NCBI GenBank assembly: GCA_943355005.1 | Contig: CALRDV010000002.1 | Location: 397 to 64,396, forward strand | DNA: 64,000 bases | Source: Patescibacteria group bacterium | Lineage (GTDB): Bacteria; Patescibacteriota; Microgenomatia; UBA1400; MFAQ01 | Reading direction: 5' to 3' | Part shown: piece after piece, positions 37,857 to 47,156 of the stretch | Layout: each line of letters starts with the position of its first letter | How positions within the stretch are numbered: the first letter of the stretch is position 1 | Program-made: the position numbers and the translations under genes | The notes under the pieces: generated by a model | What the model was told of the DNA's origin: nothing | Databases searched by the model: none | The model's input: the letters and a program-made list of their open reading frames with translations, nothing else

Positions 37857-39325
37857 TTTAGTCTGTTAGCTATTTCTAATTCAAGATATCCAATTAACTC
37901 TTCCACTTCATTAAAGTCAGTCCAAGGGTGCATTGCTACAAATCTAAATGCTGATCTACCATTATCCACCTCATCGTTAGTCGAAACATAATAACCATAT
38001 TTTGTATCAACTGACTGTTGCACTTCTCGTACGAGCTGATTGTATATTTCCTTACTCAAATTAATATTGCCAGACAGTCCTATTAACAAGGTATTTAACT
38101 CTGGAACATGAAGCGGTCTAAGTAATTCGGAATCAAAAACTCTTTGATAACAATAACTTGTTAACTCTAGAGTATGCTCCAACAGAGCAACAATCCCTTC
38201 TTTTCCTAGAAGTTTTTCAGTAGCCCAAGTAGCCATAACCCCTGCCGAACCCATGGTTCCTTCAACTCGCGCAGCAAATCCAAAATTCCTTTCCTCCGGA
38301 TCTCCTAACAAACCTTTGTTATCTTCCGGTTGAAGATACCTTGCGCTTTTCTGAATTAAAGCATGATCTTTTCGGCTCTTAAACAAAACAGCGCCGGCTT
38401 CATATGGTACATAAAGCATTTTGTGGGGATCTATCGTAATTGAATCGGCTCTATTAATTCCCTTAAAAAGCTCAGATTTACTTGAGAGAACAAATGGCCC
38501 ACCATATGCTGCATCTACATGCAAATGACTTTTAGTAATTGCTGCCAAATTTGCCAATCCTTCTAAATCATCCACTTCAGCAGTTTCAGTTTCTCCCGCC
38601 AAGGCAATTATCGCCATTACATGTTCCCCTTTTCGGTTAATTTTCCAAATTTCTTTCTGAGCTGCTTCGATATCTGTTTTATATCCTTTTCTTGGCAGTA
38701 AAGTTAAAACCACATTCTCTGTTCCTAGTATCACACAAGCTTTATCTATTGAATAATGTCGCATATCATTTACTAGCACATGCAAAATCGTTCCTGGTTT
38801 CCAGTCCTTAGATTCTTTAAGCTGTTTAATCTTTTTTTCTCTTGCCACCCACAGTGCTGCAATATTTGCCAAAGTTCCGTCGGTAACAATATTTCCACTT
38901 GCTTCTTTCCTGTCGTATCCAAACATGTCAATTAACCAGTCGACAGCTTCTAGTTCCATCTTATGTTCAGACATTGAGACCTCCTTAACAATCGTGTTGG
39001 TATTCATATATGCACCAACTAAACTTGCCAATATACCTACCTTACCTCCCTGGGGATGAATCTGACCCATAAACTTATGATCAAATTTTCTTGTTGATGA
39101 TTCCAAAAACAAAAGTTCCCCCATTATCTCGGTCAACTTATCTGATTCTTGTAATCCACATAACCAGTTTTGAGTATTAAAATCCATTTTTTCCACATCT
39201 CCACCTGTAGCATATATTTGAGCCATCGCCCGTATTGTATCGGCACCTAACTCAGCCATTACTTCCGCAGACTCCGGATTTCTAGGATTTACGAAATACT
39301 CTCTAACCTCTTCAATTTTTTTCAT
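37853..39325 (-). CDS. Group II PLP-dependent amino-acid decarboxylase
   Basis: GTLANIAALWVAR, HYSIDKA, HVDAAYGG, ADSITIDPHK. Confidence 0.92.
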   Translation of the reverse strand: MKKIEEVREYFVNPRNPESAEVMAELGADTIRAMAQIYATGGDVEKMDFNTQNWLCGLQESDKLTEIMGELLFLESSTRKFDHKFMGQIHPQGGKVGILASLVGAYMNTNTIVKEVSMSEHKMELEAVDWLIDMFGYDRKEASGNIVTDGTLANIAALWVAREKKIKQLKESKDWKPGTILHVLVNDMRHYSIDKACVILGTENVVLTLLPRKGYKTDIEAAQKEIWKINRKGEHVMAIIALAGETETAEVDDLEGLANLAAITKSHLHVDAAYGGPFVLSSKSELFKGINRADSITIDPHKMLYVPYEAGAVLFKSRKDHALIQKSARYLQPEDNKGLLGDPEERNFGFAARVEGTMGSAGVMATWATEKLLGKEGIVALLEHTLELTSYCYQRVFDSELLRPLHVPELNTLLIGLSGNINLSKEIYNQLVREVQQSVDTKYGYYVSTNDEVDNGRSAFRFVAMHPWTDFNEVEELIGYLELEIANRLK

Positions 39326-39365
39326 ATTTTCTGAGATTATTAATTTTTATATTCAAATTCATTAC

Positions 39366-39389
39366 AAAAAAAGCACCCACATGGGTGCT
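39366..39389 (-). terminator. Intrinsic terminator/attenuator between tyrS-2 and the decarboxylase gene
   Basis: AGCACCCA-TG-TGGGTGCT-TTTTTT. Confidence 0.8.
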
Positions 39390-39466
39390 CACTTTATAAA
39401 CTAATACGCAATAATAAATCATCGGTATTCAAATACTACACCTATATTAATAATTGTCAACATATT

Positions 39467-40690
39467 TTACAGAATCTTGGCATAACTCCTTTTGCCCTTC
39501 TGGATTATCCCTCCGGATGGAATAACAAAGTCAAAACTATTAATTGTTTGTTCATTAACAGACACTCCTTTGTTTAAAATTAACCGTTTTGCTTCACTTC
39601 TGGAAGGTGCAAATCCAATTTTAACCAATACACTTATTACATCTCTAACTTCCACAGAAAATTCTGGCATTTCAACTGGAACATTTTTCTCGCGCACTGT
39701 CTGTGTAAAATGTTTAAGGGCTGCCACGGCAGCCTGACCACCATGATACTGGTAAGTTAGCTCAAAGGCCAATTCCATTTTTACCTCGATTGGATTAATT
39801 TTTTCTTCTCTAAGCAAATCTATTAGCTCTCTAATTCTTTCCATCGGAATTCCGGTGCAGTGAACAAAATAATCATTCATTTCCTCATCTTTCATGCTCA
39901 TCATCTTCCCAAACATATCTATATTCGTATCCATAATATTTACTACATTCCCCCAACTCGAGCTCATTTTTCTACCATCTAATCCATTTATCAAATTCAT
40001 AGTCATCACCGATTGAGATCTTTGTCCGTATTGTCTCTGAATTTCTCTTCCGGCCAACAAGTTGTATCTTTGATCAGTTCCACCAATTTCCACATCGGCA
40101 CTAACAGCAACCGAGTCATAACCTTGCATAAGTGGGTAGAGTAACTCTCTGGCTGACACCCTTTGTCCACTTGTTAGACGGTCACGAATTATATTTCTCT
40201 GTACAAACTCTGATACTGAGAACATGTCAGCCAACCGACAAACTTCCCCAAAAGAAAGTTTACTTAACCACTCGGAATTAAAATGAACTTCTGTTTTTGA
40301 TAAATCCAATATTTTTCCACACTGCTCGGCATATGTGGCCATGTTTTGAGCTATCTTCTCGGATGTTTGCATCGCCCTACCTGTGGGTTTATCACTTGTA
40401 TCACCGACCTCGCCTGTAAAATCACCGATTATTAGTACTATTTGATGACCCAAATCTTGAAATTCCCTGAGCTTTCGCAGGGGCACAGCTCTTCCAATAT
40501 GAATGAAAGGGCTTGTTGGATCGGTTCCAAATTTAATTCTAAGTTTTTCACCACTTAACAATCTTTCTCTCAAATCATCTCCAATCACCTCATTAACACC
40601 TCTGGTCAACAACGCATCCACTCTTCTTTCCAGTTCTTTTTTTTCATCTTCCACACAACTAGGATCAAAAAAAGCTTTTTCTTTAATCAT
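39467..40690 (-). CDS. tyrS: Tyrosine--tRNA ligase, second copy
   Basis: GTDPTSPFIHIGR, YPLMQGYDS, GGTDQ, KMSSS, S4 domain; start MIKEK at 40690 preferred. Confidence 0.95.
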   Translation of the reverse strand: MIKEKAFFDPSCVEDEKKELERRVDALLTRGVNEVIGDDLRERLLSGEKLRIKFGTDPTSPFIHIGRAVPLRKLREFQDLGHQIVLIIGDFTGEVGDTSDKPTGRAMQTSEKIAQNMATYAEQCGKILDLSKTEVHFNSEWLSKLSFGEVCRLADMFSVSEFVQRNIIRDRLTSGQRVSARELLYPLMQGYDSVAVSADVEIGGTDQRYNLLAGREIQRQYGQRSQSVMTMNLINGLDGRKMSSSWGNVVNIMDTNIDMFGKMMSMKDEEMNDYFVHCTGIPMERIRELIDLLREEKINPIEVKMELAFELTYQYHGGQAAVAALKHFTQTVREKNVPVEMPEFSVEVRDVISVLVKIGFAPSRSEAKRLILNKGVSVNEQTINSFDFVIPSGGIIQKGKRSYAKIL

Positions 40691-40747
40691 GCGCTGATAA
40701 TATTCCCTATATTTTAAAAAAGCAAGATACAAAGTACTCTTTTTGAA

Positions 40748-41620
40748 CTATTTCGGACTACAAACATATGCTCCTACAATTAGAGCATGTCCTCTGGTCA
40801 AACAATCATTTAAGTCTGTACCATTTTTTAGTAAATATTCAATCATTTGTCTCGGAATTGTTTTTGACCAATCAATATCATCCATGTAGTTGCTTATCAT
40901 ATTTTCCCAAGTACTTCCATCTCCATACATCCCATACGCTCCCCAATGAATAGATGAATCTTTGGCATCAAAATGAGAATCCTTTCTATTATTTCTGGAA
41001 ATGAACCCATTTGCGACCAATGCATTCACCGAATCGATCCATTCAGAACAAGGGTTAGATTCAAAAGGGTACAGACTAACTTCTTTGGGTAGGCAATTCT
41101 TCAGAGCACCCAACATCATGGGGTTTTGAGTTCTAGTTAGTATTACAGTATCCCTGTTCCAATTGTTTTTTAAAAAATTATTCAAGCATATTTCTCCCAG
41201 CTTTCCCCCTACACCACCAGATCTAACCTTATCAGCCACACCAACAATATCCACATAATATACATTTCGACCCCTCGCATCTAGACTGTATTTTTCACCC
41301 CAAAAACCGTAAAACTTTTCTCCATCAGTTATCAAATTAATTCCGGCGTTTTGAAAGTCGACTAAACTAACTCCATTCAAACTCATGGCCTTTTGAAAAC
41401 ACGCAGATGCCAAAAGAGCTAATCCGATTTTATGTTTTACAGTTACAAAATTTTCGGATTTCAAGAAAACCACACTTAGTCCACTCAAATTACCTACTTC
41501 TAAACCTTTTTGAGAGGCTAGCTTGACTAATTCCTCTATTTCGACCAGATTACCAAGACTATCAATATCAACCACTAATTTGCTTCTTTCCATTTGGGAC
41601 TCCGAATATTCTTCCTTCAC
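40748..41620 (-). CDS. GNAT-like acyltransferase
   Basis: YVDIVGVADKVRSGGVGGKL, LTRTQNP. Confidence 0.7.
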   Translation of the reverse strand: MKEEYSESQMERSKLVVDIDSLGNLVEIEELVKLASQKGLEVGNLSGLSVVFLKSENFVTVKHKIGLALLASACFQKAMSLNGVSLVDFQNAGINLITDGEKFYGFWGEKYSLDARGRNVYYVDIVGVADKVRSGGVGGKLGEICLNNFLKNNWNRDTVILTRTQNPMMLGALKNCLPKEVSLYPFESNPCSEWIDSVNALVANGFISRNNRKDSHFDAKDSSIHWGAYGMYGDGSTWENMISNYMDDIDWSKTIPRQMIEYLLKNGTDLNDCLTRGHALIVGAYVCSPK

Positions 41621-41621
41621 T

Positions 41622-42350
41622 TTATTTCAAATATTTACATTTTAGCTGATCGGATAAATTCAGGATCCATTTATCTCTCTCGTTATCCTCCAGCTTGTTT
41701 ACTATTTTGTCGGCATTCATTCCCAACCAGGCTAATTCTGATATTTCCTTCATCAACACCATCGACCTTTTAGTATCATCAAAAAACATATTTCCAGTTT
41801 CGTTTAAATTCCTAACTAAGTTATTTGCTGTTTTTGTCATCAAGTGAGATTGTCTGGTTTTAAGATGATTCCTGAGTTCATTTAAGTCACTTTCACTTTC
41901 CAAGACTCTATTTTTCAGCATATTTGTTGTTTTCCATACATGTCTCACAATTCCCAGTGACCCACATTTATCAATGGCGTCGGCGTCATGCACGATCTTA
42001 GACTCCATTGAGCGGTCTGAATTTTCATATTCATGACCAGCCACAGCATCCACTATGCTATCTTTAATATTTTCCTCAATAGGATAATTATCCAAAAACT
42101 TTCTTGTCTCAATTCCAACCCTTTTACTTTCATAGTCGCTTCCGGTGGCCAGGGATACATCATGCACCCAAGCCCCAACAATTGTCACAAAGGGGTTGCC
42201 CCCTTCCTTTTTAAGCAAAAATTTTGCTATTTTATTAACTCTAAACAAATGGGTATTGCCGTAAGATTTTCCTCCGAATGCGTCTTCCCAATCCAGCCGG
42301 ACAGCGTCTCTTCCAATCATATCAATTAGACCAATCTGTGCTTTAGTCAT
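41622..42350 (-). CDS. HD-domain metal-dependent phosphohydrolase
   Basis: HLFRV, WVHDV, AGH, VHDADAIDKCG. Confidence 0.88.
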   Translation of the reverse strand: MTKAQIGLIDMIGRDAVRLDWEDAFGGKSYGNTHLFRVNKIAKFLLKKEGGNPFVTIVGAWVHDVSLATGSDYESKRVGIETRKFLDNYPIEENIKDSIVDAVAGHEYENSDRSMESKIVHDADAIDKCGSLGIVRHVWKTTNMLKNRVLESESDLNELRNHLKTRQSHLMTKTANNLVRNLNETGNMFFDDTKRSMVLMKEISELAWLGMNADKIVNKLEDNERDKWILNLSDQLKCKYLK

Positions 42351-44643
42351 TTCTAAAAACTAGCTTAATTCCTAAGTTTAAACAAATATTCGCAAAGTGG
42401 CTTGTACGTGGAATCCTGTGGGATAAATTTATCGCAGAAATTTTATCCTTATTCCTCACCAAACATCTAAATAATTCACCTTGGAACTGATCGATATTAA
42501 TTTTATCGTCCAACATTAAGCCCACAGCAGACTCTTTTATTTCGAGGGCACCTAAATCTTGAAGATTTGATACTTTAAACCATTTCTTAGGATCTTCCTT
42601 GTGAACTTCATTTCGCTCTGATTTTGAATTTAACATTCTTAGTTGCAATATGCGGCTTCCCTTCTGATTTTCCAAAAATTCCATATCTGTCCTGCCTCCC
42701 AATACATGCTCTGCCAAAACAGACAAGTCACCAAACAGCTCAATTGTATCTTGTTTCATCCATCCGTTCGTTAATTCAGCAATGATTTCACCATCGTTTT
42801 TCTCAACCATATCAAACCTCCTATGTCCTCCAACTACATTACCTGGAGTTTCCCCGGTAAAAATTGTCCAATCATCACCATTTCCTTTTGAAAAAACTAC
42901 ACCACCTGCACCTTGATCAAACACATGTATCAGCACTGCAAAAACCGGCTCATCGGATAGACCATGAAGATGTCTGTAACTCACTGCCTTTTCCGAGAAG
43001 AATGAACACAAAACTTTTTTTATAGCTATTCCCAAATCGGCCCTTTTCACACCAACCTCACTTTCGTAAATTCCTGCAGCAGTTCCATTTACCAAGGTAT
43101 CCTCATCAAAAGAAGATGATCTTACAGCCAAGCGATCTCCGCTTACAGACATCAAAACTCGCTCAGAAATTGATTTTGGAAATTCCAACCTCTGTATCTT
43201 TTTTGTTATTTCATTGGAAATCCAAATCTTGTCTTCAATATTTACTGTCTTATTTAAAGTTGAAATCTGTTCGGCAATATTTGAATCCTTCGCCATCCAG
43301 TTATTCAAAGCCTCACTTGTAACCACCACCCCATCTCCTACCAACTCCTTTCCAAATATTTTAATAGCTTCATACAAACCGGCAGCTTTCCCTCCTACCA
43401 GGAAACGATTATTACTCTCTCCCAAGGGGATGGTCGTTTCATTTAATTCCATTTCCACCATTTTTGCCGCGATCTCAGCTACCATTCTGTTTTCTGACTC
43501 TGCCACAGTTTTTAAAAGTTGTTTTTCGATCCAATTATTTTCAAACATCCACAAAGCAAATCTACCTCTGGCTGAAGATGCATCCAAATTCGACAACTGC
43601 GGCAATATTTTTTCCAAAAACTCTTTACGGTGTCCGGGCACTATTTGGCTTGCATCGGCCAATTCTGCAATAATCTGATTTGAAGTTTCACAAACGGCTG
43701 CATATTTCCATCCGGCAGATTTATCAAAATTTTCCTGGTCTTTTTCAATTGTAGTCCAGTTTAAAAATCTAATTAAACCATTCATATCTCTGGCAATCGA
43801 AGCTAAACTCAATTCTTTTGGAAAGCCGTCGACCTTCAATAATTGATTGACTGCATCTCTCTCTTCCAAATCACCCTTTTTCCCTCCGACACTTACTGGA
43901 ATCCACTCCAATGCATTTGCGGCAAAAACAACTTGTTCGATAGTAGTACCCGCTTTTCGCGCAACTCTCATAAGAATAGCCAATTTGTCCAAATCCCGAA
44001 TATTTGAAGTTTCGGTCTCAATTGTGTTCCAGTTCAAATTGTTCCAATCTAATTTATTTGCATGCACCAAATCCCCAAGTGCAGACGGCAAAAGCATTCC
44101 TGCCATATCCAAGAACCCTCCTTGAGTATCTGAATCCTGGTCACCGGAAAAAGGATTACCGGGCGTCTCATTACCGTCACCCACCATCGCTTCAATATGG
44201 TAAAACGGAGCCGCAAAAGCAAAGGCTATTTTCAATCTCCAAAAAAGTTCTGTCAGTCTTTCATTTTTATCCTCAGGTAGCTTTCTTTCACTGAATATTT
44301 TAAATAATCTCCGATCACTTAGTTCGGATATATTTCGCCATTTTTCCAACTCTTCCCATGCCAATACCGGACTACCTTTCATCTTATTTTCCCACTCCTC
44401 TACCACCTCCCAATCCAATAAAGAAACTTCCTGATTAGATTCCAAAAAAGGTATTACTGGTACTGCCCACGTCTTAAAAATTCCAATTGTTTCTCCTGAA
44501 CCCAAAATAACTTTAAACTCATCATCTTCATCTCCAGAAAATAAGTTTACTTTTGTCACTAATCTTTTTCCTCGCTTTAGTTCAGCAATTTTTTTTTCTA
44601 CTAGACTTGAACTTCCCAATTCAATATTTTTATTTTTTTCCAT
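42343..44643 (-). CDS. PEP-utilizer/dikinase-like protein: unknown N-domain, PPDK-type ATP-grasp, swivel phospho-His domain
   Basis: VGGKAAGL, LAVRSS..DED...AAGIYES, DMEF, ILQLR, C-terminal TSHFANICLNLGI. Confidence 0.8.
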   Translation of the reverse strand: MEKNKNIELGSSSLVEKKIAELKRGKRLVTKVNLFSGDEDDEFKVILGSGETIGIFKTWAVPVIPFLESNQEVSLLDWEVVEEWENKMKGSPVLAWEELEKWRNISELSDRRLFKIFSERKLPEDKNERLTELFWRLKIAFAFAAPFYHIEAMVGDGNETPGNPFSGDQDSDTQGGFLDMAGMLLPSALGDLVHANKLDWNNLNWNTIETETSNIRDLDKLAILMRVARKAGTTIEQVVFAANALEWIPVSVGGKKGDLEERDAVNQLLKVDGFPKELSLASIARDMNGLIRFLNWTTIEKDQENFDKSAGWKYAAVCETSNQIIAELADASQIVPGHRKEFLEKILPQLSNLDASSARGRFALWMFENNWIEKQLLKTVAESENRMVAEIAAKMVEMELNETTIPLGESNNRFLVGGKAAGLYEAIKIFGKELVGDGVVVTSEALNNWMAKDSNIAEQISTLNKTVNIEDKIWISNEITKKIQRLEFPKSISERVLMSVSGDRLAVRSSSFDEDTLVNGTAAGIYESEVGVKRADLGIAIKKVLCSFFSEKAVSYRHLHGLSDEPVFAVLIHVFDQGAGGVVFSKGNGDDWTIFTGETPGNVVGGHRRFDMVEKNDGEIIAELTNGWMKQDTIELFGDLSVLAEHVLGGRTDMEFLENQKGSRILQLRMLNSKSERNEVHKEDPKKWFKVSNLQDLGALEIKESAVGLMLDDKINIDQFQGELFRCLVRNKDKISAINLSHRIPRTSHFANICLNLGIKLVFRND

Positions 44644-44663
44644 TTTATTGTTTTATTTATAAC

Positions 44664-44940
44664 AAAAAAACCCTCGTCAAACCCCAAAAATTAGGGTTGG
44701 ACAAGGGCCTTTTAAAAAAGACGATACCACCTTGTATTTGTCATCGCCGGAGCGATGACCTTCTCGAACGCTCGTTTACCCATTGGGTGACACGTTCTTT
44801 CTCTATACCGGGAGAACCCGTATCTTGTTACCAAGATCAGCTCAGGAGGGTTAATTCGACAAACAAAGTACGGTTTGCTTTCACCACCCGCAAACTCTCT
44901 AGTGTCACCTTTTCGGTCTACTTTTTCTCCTTCAACGCTT
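44664..44940 (-). ncRNA. Full-length transcriptional T-box riboswitch
   Basis: Stem I with K-turn (GA/GA), AGUA/GAA S-turn, AGAGAG and GGUG boxes; Stem II ATCTTG/CAAGAT; Stem III GTCATCGC/GCGATGAC; antiterminator CAAGG-UGGUAUC-GUCUUUU/AAAAGGC-CCUUG; terminator CCCUUGUC/GACGAGGG plus U7. Confidence 0.92.
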
Positions 44941-44966
44941 TATTGATTCATTTTAAAGAATAATCA

Positions 44967-44994
44967 AATGTATCACATCCAAACAAAAAGTCAA
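44967..44994 (-). promoter_or_regulatory. Putative promoter of the T-box leader
   Basis: TTGACT-16 nt-TACATT with extended -10 TG. Confidence 0.6.
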
Positions 44995-44997
44995 TAA

Positions 44998-45330
44998 TCA
45001 TGACAATACACTCATAAGCAAATTATCTCTGCGGTAGTTACGCAAATACATTGGAGAGTCTTGTTCACTTCCAAAATATGGGGGTTCCTTACCAACTCCG
45101 ACACCATCCCAAATATAAGTCTCATCGTTTAATTCAATTTTCAAAAATGAGTGCCACAATCCATACTCATATTCAACCTCTACAGTTTCAAAAACCAAGT
45201 TAATTTCACTTCTAATTAACTCTTTCATGATCAAAAAACACCATTCTCTGCACTTTCCAGGTACAGATACTAATAAAAGTTCGGGGTTTTTTGATATACT
45301 TTCTCGAAAACTACAAAACTCACTTAACAT
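44998..45330 (-). CDS. Small hypothetical protein, possible transglutaminase/papain-like Cys-His-Asp triad
   Basis: GKCREWC...HSFLKI...YIWDG; start 45330 avoids overlap with the divergent gene. Confidence 0.5.
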   Translation of the reverse strand: MLSEFCSFRESISKNPELLLVSVPGKCREWCFLIMKELIRSEINLVFETVEVEYEYGLWHSFLKIELNDETYIWDGVGVGKEPPYFGSEQDSPMYLRNYRRDNLLMSVLS

Positions 45331-45346
45331 ACGACTATAATATCTT

Positions 45347-47002
45347 ATGTCTGAATCCCAAAATCCAAACACTCCCCCGGCCACAGTCGAGTCCCTAGAC
45401 CTCCACGTTCGCTCCTATCGATCGGCCCTTACCAGTACTCACGAGATCACCATAAACTCCCTGACCAACTCTCACCTCAAGATGGATCCAATCTTGCATC
45501 AGTTTGGTAGCGACCCAAACAAAGTGGACGTCTCAGCCATCGTCTACTCTGTTTTACGTCTACCGGAAGAGATAGATCTGATTCAAAAAGTCATCGCAGC
45601 ACCAACTCCCGACGTATTCTCAAATCACGGTTTTGTTGATGTTCACCTCTGGCCAAACGTGAAAGCCCCCGCCAGAAGACGCAAATACCATTACGATGAA
45701 GTCAAAAGACTTCTTGCTTGTTTCATCATATCTATCTCCGACATTGATGACCTGGTAAACCTACTTATCGCTTTTCAAGTGGAGTGGAACAAGCTTCATC
45801 TCCTGCTCAAGAATCACACCATAGACGAGATACTTACCTCGGAAGAAATTGGCAATCTATCAAAAGCCTTTGGCTCTAACTTTCAAAAACGTTTTGAACG
45901 AATCAAAGATCATCCTTTAGATCTTCGTATTCAATTACTGGCTGGTTCTTGGGTGGATTATTGTAAAGCCACTCAAAAGTGGTGGAGAAGTATTTCCAAG
46001 ATTACAGATAAAAAATTAAAACTCTCCAAGAGATCCGTCTATTTTGTCAGTTCGAATAATCACAGCATTCTCAATCTTATTTCCGGCTTTGCTCTTAAGG
46101 AAAAAGAGAGCATTTTAAAATTCCTCCAAGAGAAAAAGCCTGAGCTCTATCAAGTTTACGAAGCAATCAAAAGTGGTGAGAACCATTTGCCCGAAAATGA
46201 TTTCCTCTATTTCGTCACCAAGTTCTACACTGATATCCCCGAAAACAAAGATGCGAAGAACGCTCTTGAGGAAAAAATAAAGCTTACCACTATACCTAGC
46301 TCCAAATCATTAGATATTAACACTCAAATAATCGCAGTCAAAGATCTTGCTGGTTCCAAACACCTAGATCCAAGGCTCAAAATCACCTCACCTGACAAGC
46401 TCAGTGAATCAGATGCCTTAATCTTTAACATCGACTACCCACTAGGTTTTGCCGCTTATCACATCCTTTCCGAAGTCATGGAAAATGTTCGAGAAATCAA
46501 GGGTGTCTACGTCATGGGCAAAGCTGCAGTACTCAACAGTGAAATCGGCGATATTCAAATTCCTAGATTGGTCTATGACGAACACACCGGTAATTCATAT
46601 ATTTTCCGAAATTGTTTCAACACTTTCTTCCCTTTTGTAAACAATCAAGGTTCCATTCTTACCAATCAGAAAGCTGTTTCTGTTTTGGGTACCTACATCG
46701 AGAACGAAGCTCTCATCAAAAAATACTCAGAGGACAACCTAACTGTCATAGAGATGGAGTCTGGTCCTTACCTTGAAGCCGTCAGTGAAGCCACCTTCGA
46801 TCACCGACACACCACAGACGAAACAGTGGACCTCAGCACCGCCCCATTCGACATCGGCATTGTCGACTACACCTCAGACACACCCTACTCCAAAGCCAAG
46901 AACATGGGAGTCAAAACCCTCACTTTGGACGGCCTAGAACCCACCTACTTGGCCTCTCTAGCCATCCTCCAGCGCATCATCAACCTCGAAGAATCCCGCT
47001 AA
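45347..47002 (+). CDS. Conserved hypothetical protein with nucleoside-phosphorylase-like C-terminal region
   Basis: YVMGKAA...IGDI, IEMESGPYL, YTSDTP; long uninterrupted ORF. Confidence 0.65.
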   Translation: MSESQNPNTPPATVESLDLHVRSYRSALTSTHEITINSLTNSHLKMDPILHQFGSDPNKVDVSAIVYSVLRLPEEIDLIQKVIAAPTPDVFSNHGFVDVHLWPNVKAPARRRKYHYDEVKRLLACFIISISDIDDLVNLLIAFQVEWNKLHLLLKNHTIDEILTSEEIGNLSKAFGSNFQKRFERIKDHPLDLRIQLLAGSWVDYCKATQKWWRSISKITDKKLKLSKRSVYFVSSNNHSILNLISGFALKEKESILKFLQEKKPELYQVYEAIKSGENHLPENDFLYFVTKFYTDIPENKDAKNALEEKIKLTTIPSSKSLDINTQIIAVKDLAGSKHLDPRLKITSPDKLSESDALIFNIDYPLGFAAYHILSEVMENVREIKGVYVMGKAAVLNSEIGDIQIPRLVYDEHTGNSYIFRNCFNTFFPFVNNQGSILTNQKAVSVLGTYIENEALIKKYSEDNLTVIEMESGPYLEAVSEATFDHRHTTDETVDLSTAPFDIGIVDYTSDTPYSKAKNMGVKTLTLDGLEPTYLASLAILQRIINLEESR

Positions 47003-47022
47003 ACAATCACTCTCAGACACTC

Positions 47023-47136
47023 GTCATTCCTGCGAAGGCAGGAATCCATCAAATAAACTCCAATGTCATTCCCGACCTGATCGGGAATCCATATGGAACA
47101 TTTTATCAATTTTAGATAGTTGGCGGGCTTCGAAAC
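47023..47136 (+). repeat. Two short palindromic elements plus a right-end fragment of the long element
   Basis: gtcattcctgcgaaggcaggaatcca (47023), gtcattcccgacctgatcgggaatcca (47065), gttggcgggcttcgaaac (47119). Confidence 0.85.
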
Positions 47137-47156
47137 AAGTAGAAATTAAAGAGATA

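Noticed and set aside
44740-44759. GTCATCGC...GCGATGAC as another dispersed palindrome
   Set aside because: It lacks the AATC end and sits exactly at the Stem III position of the T-box.
44553-44963. Plus-strand ORF of 136 aa, and similarly 53685..53972 and 49899..50213
   Set aside because: Antisense to T-box leaders or genes, with no protein-like motifs.
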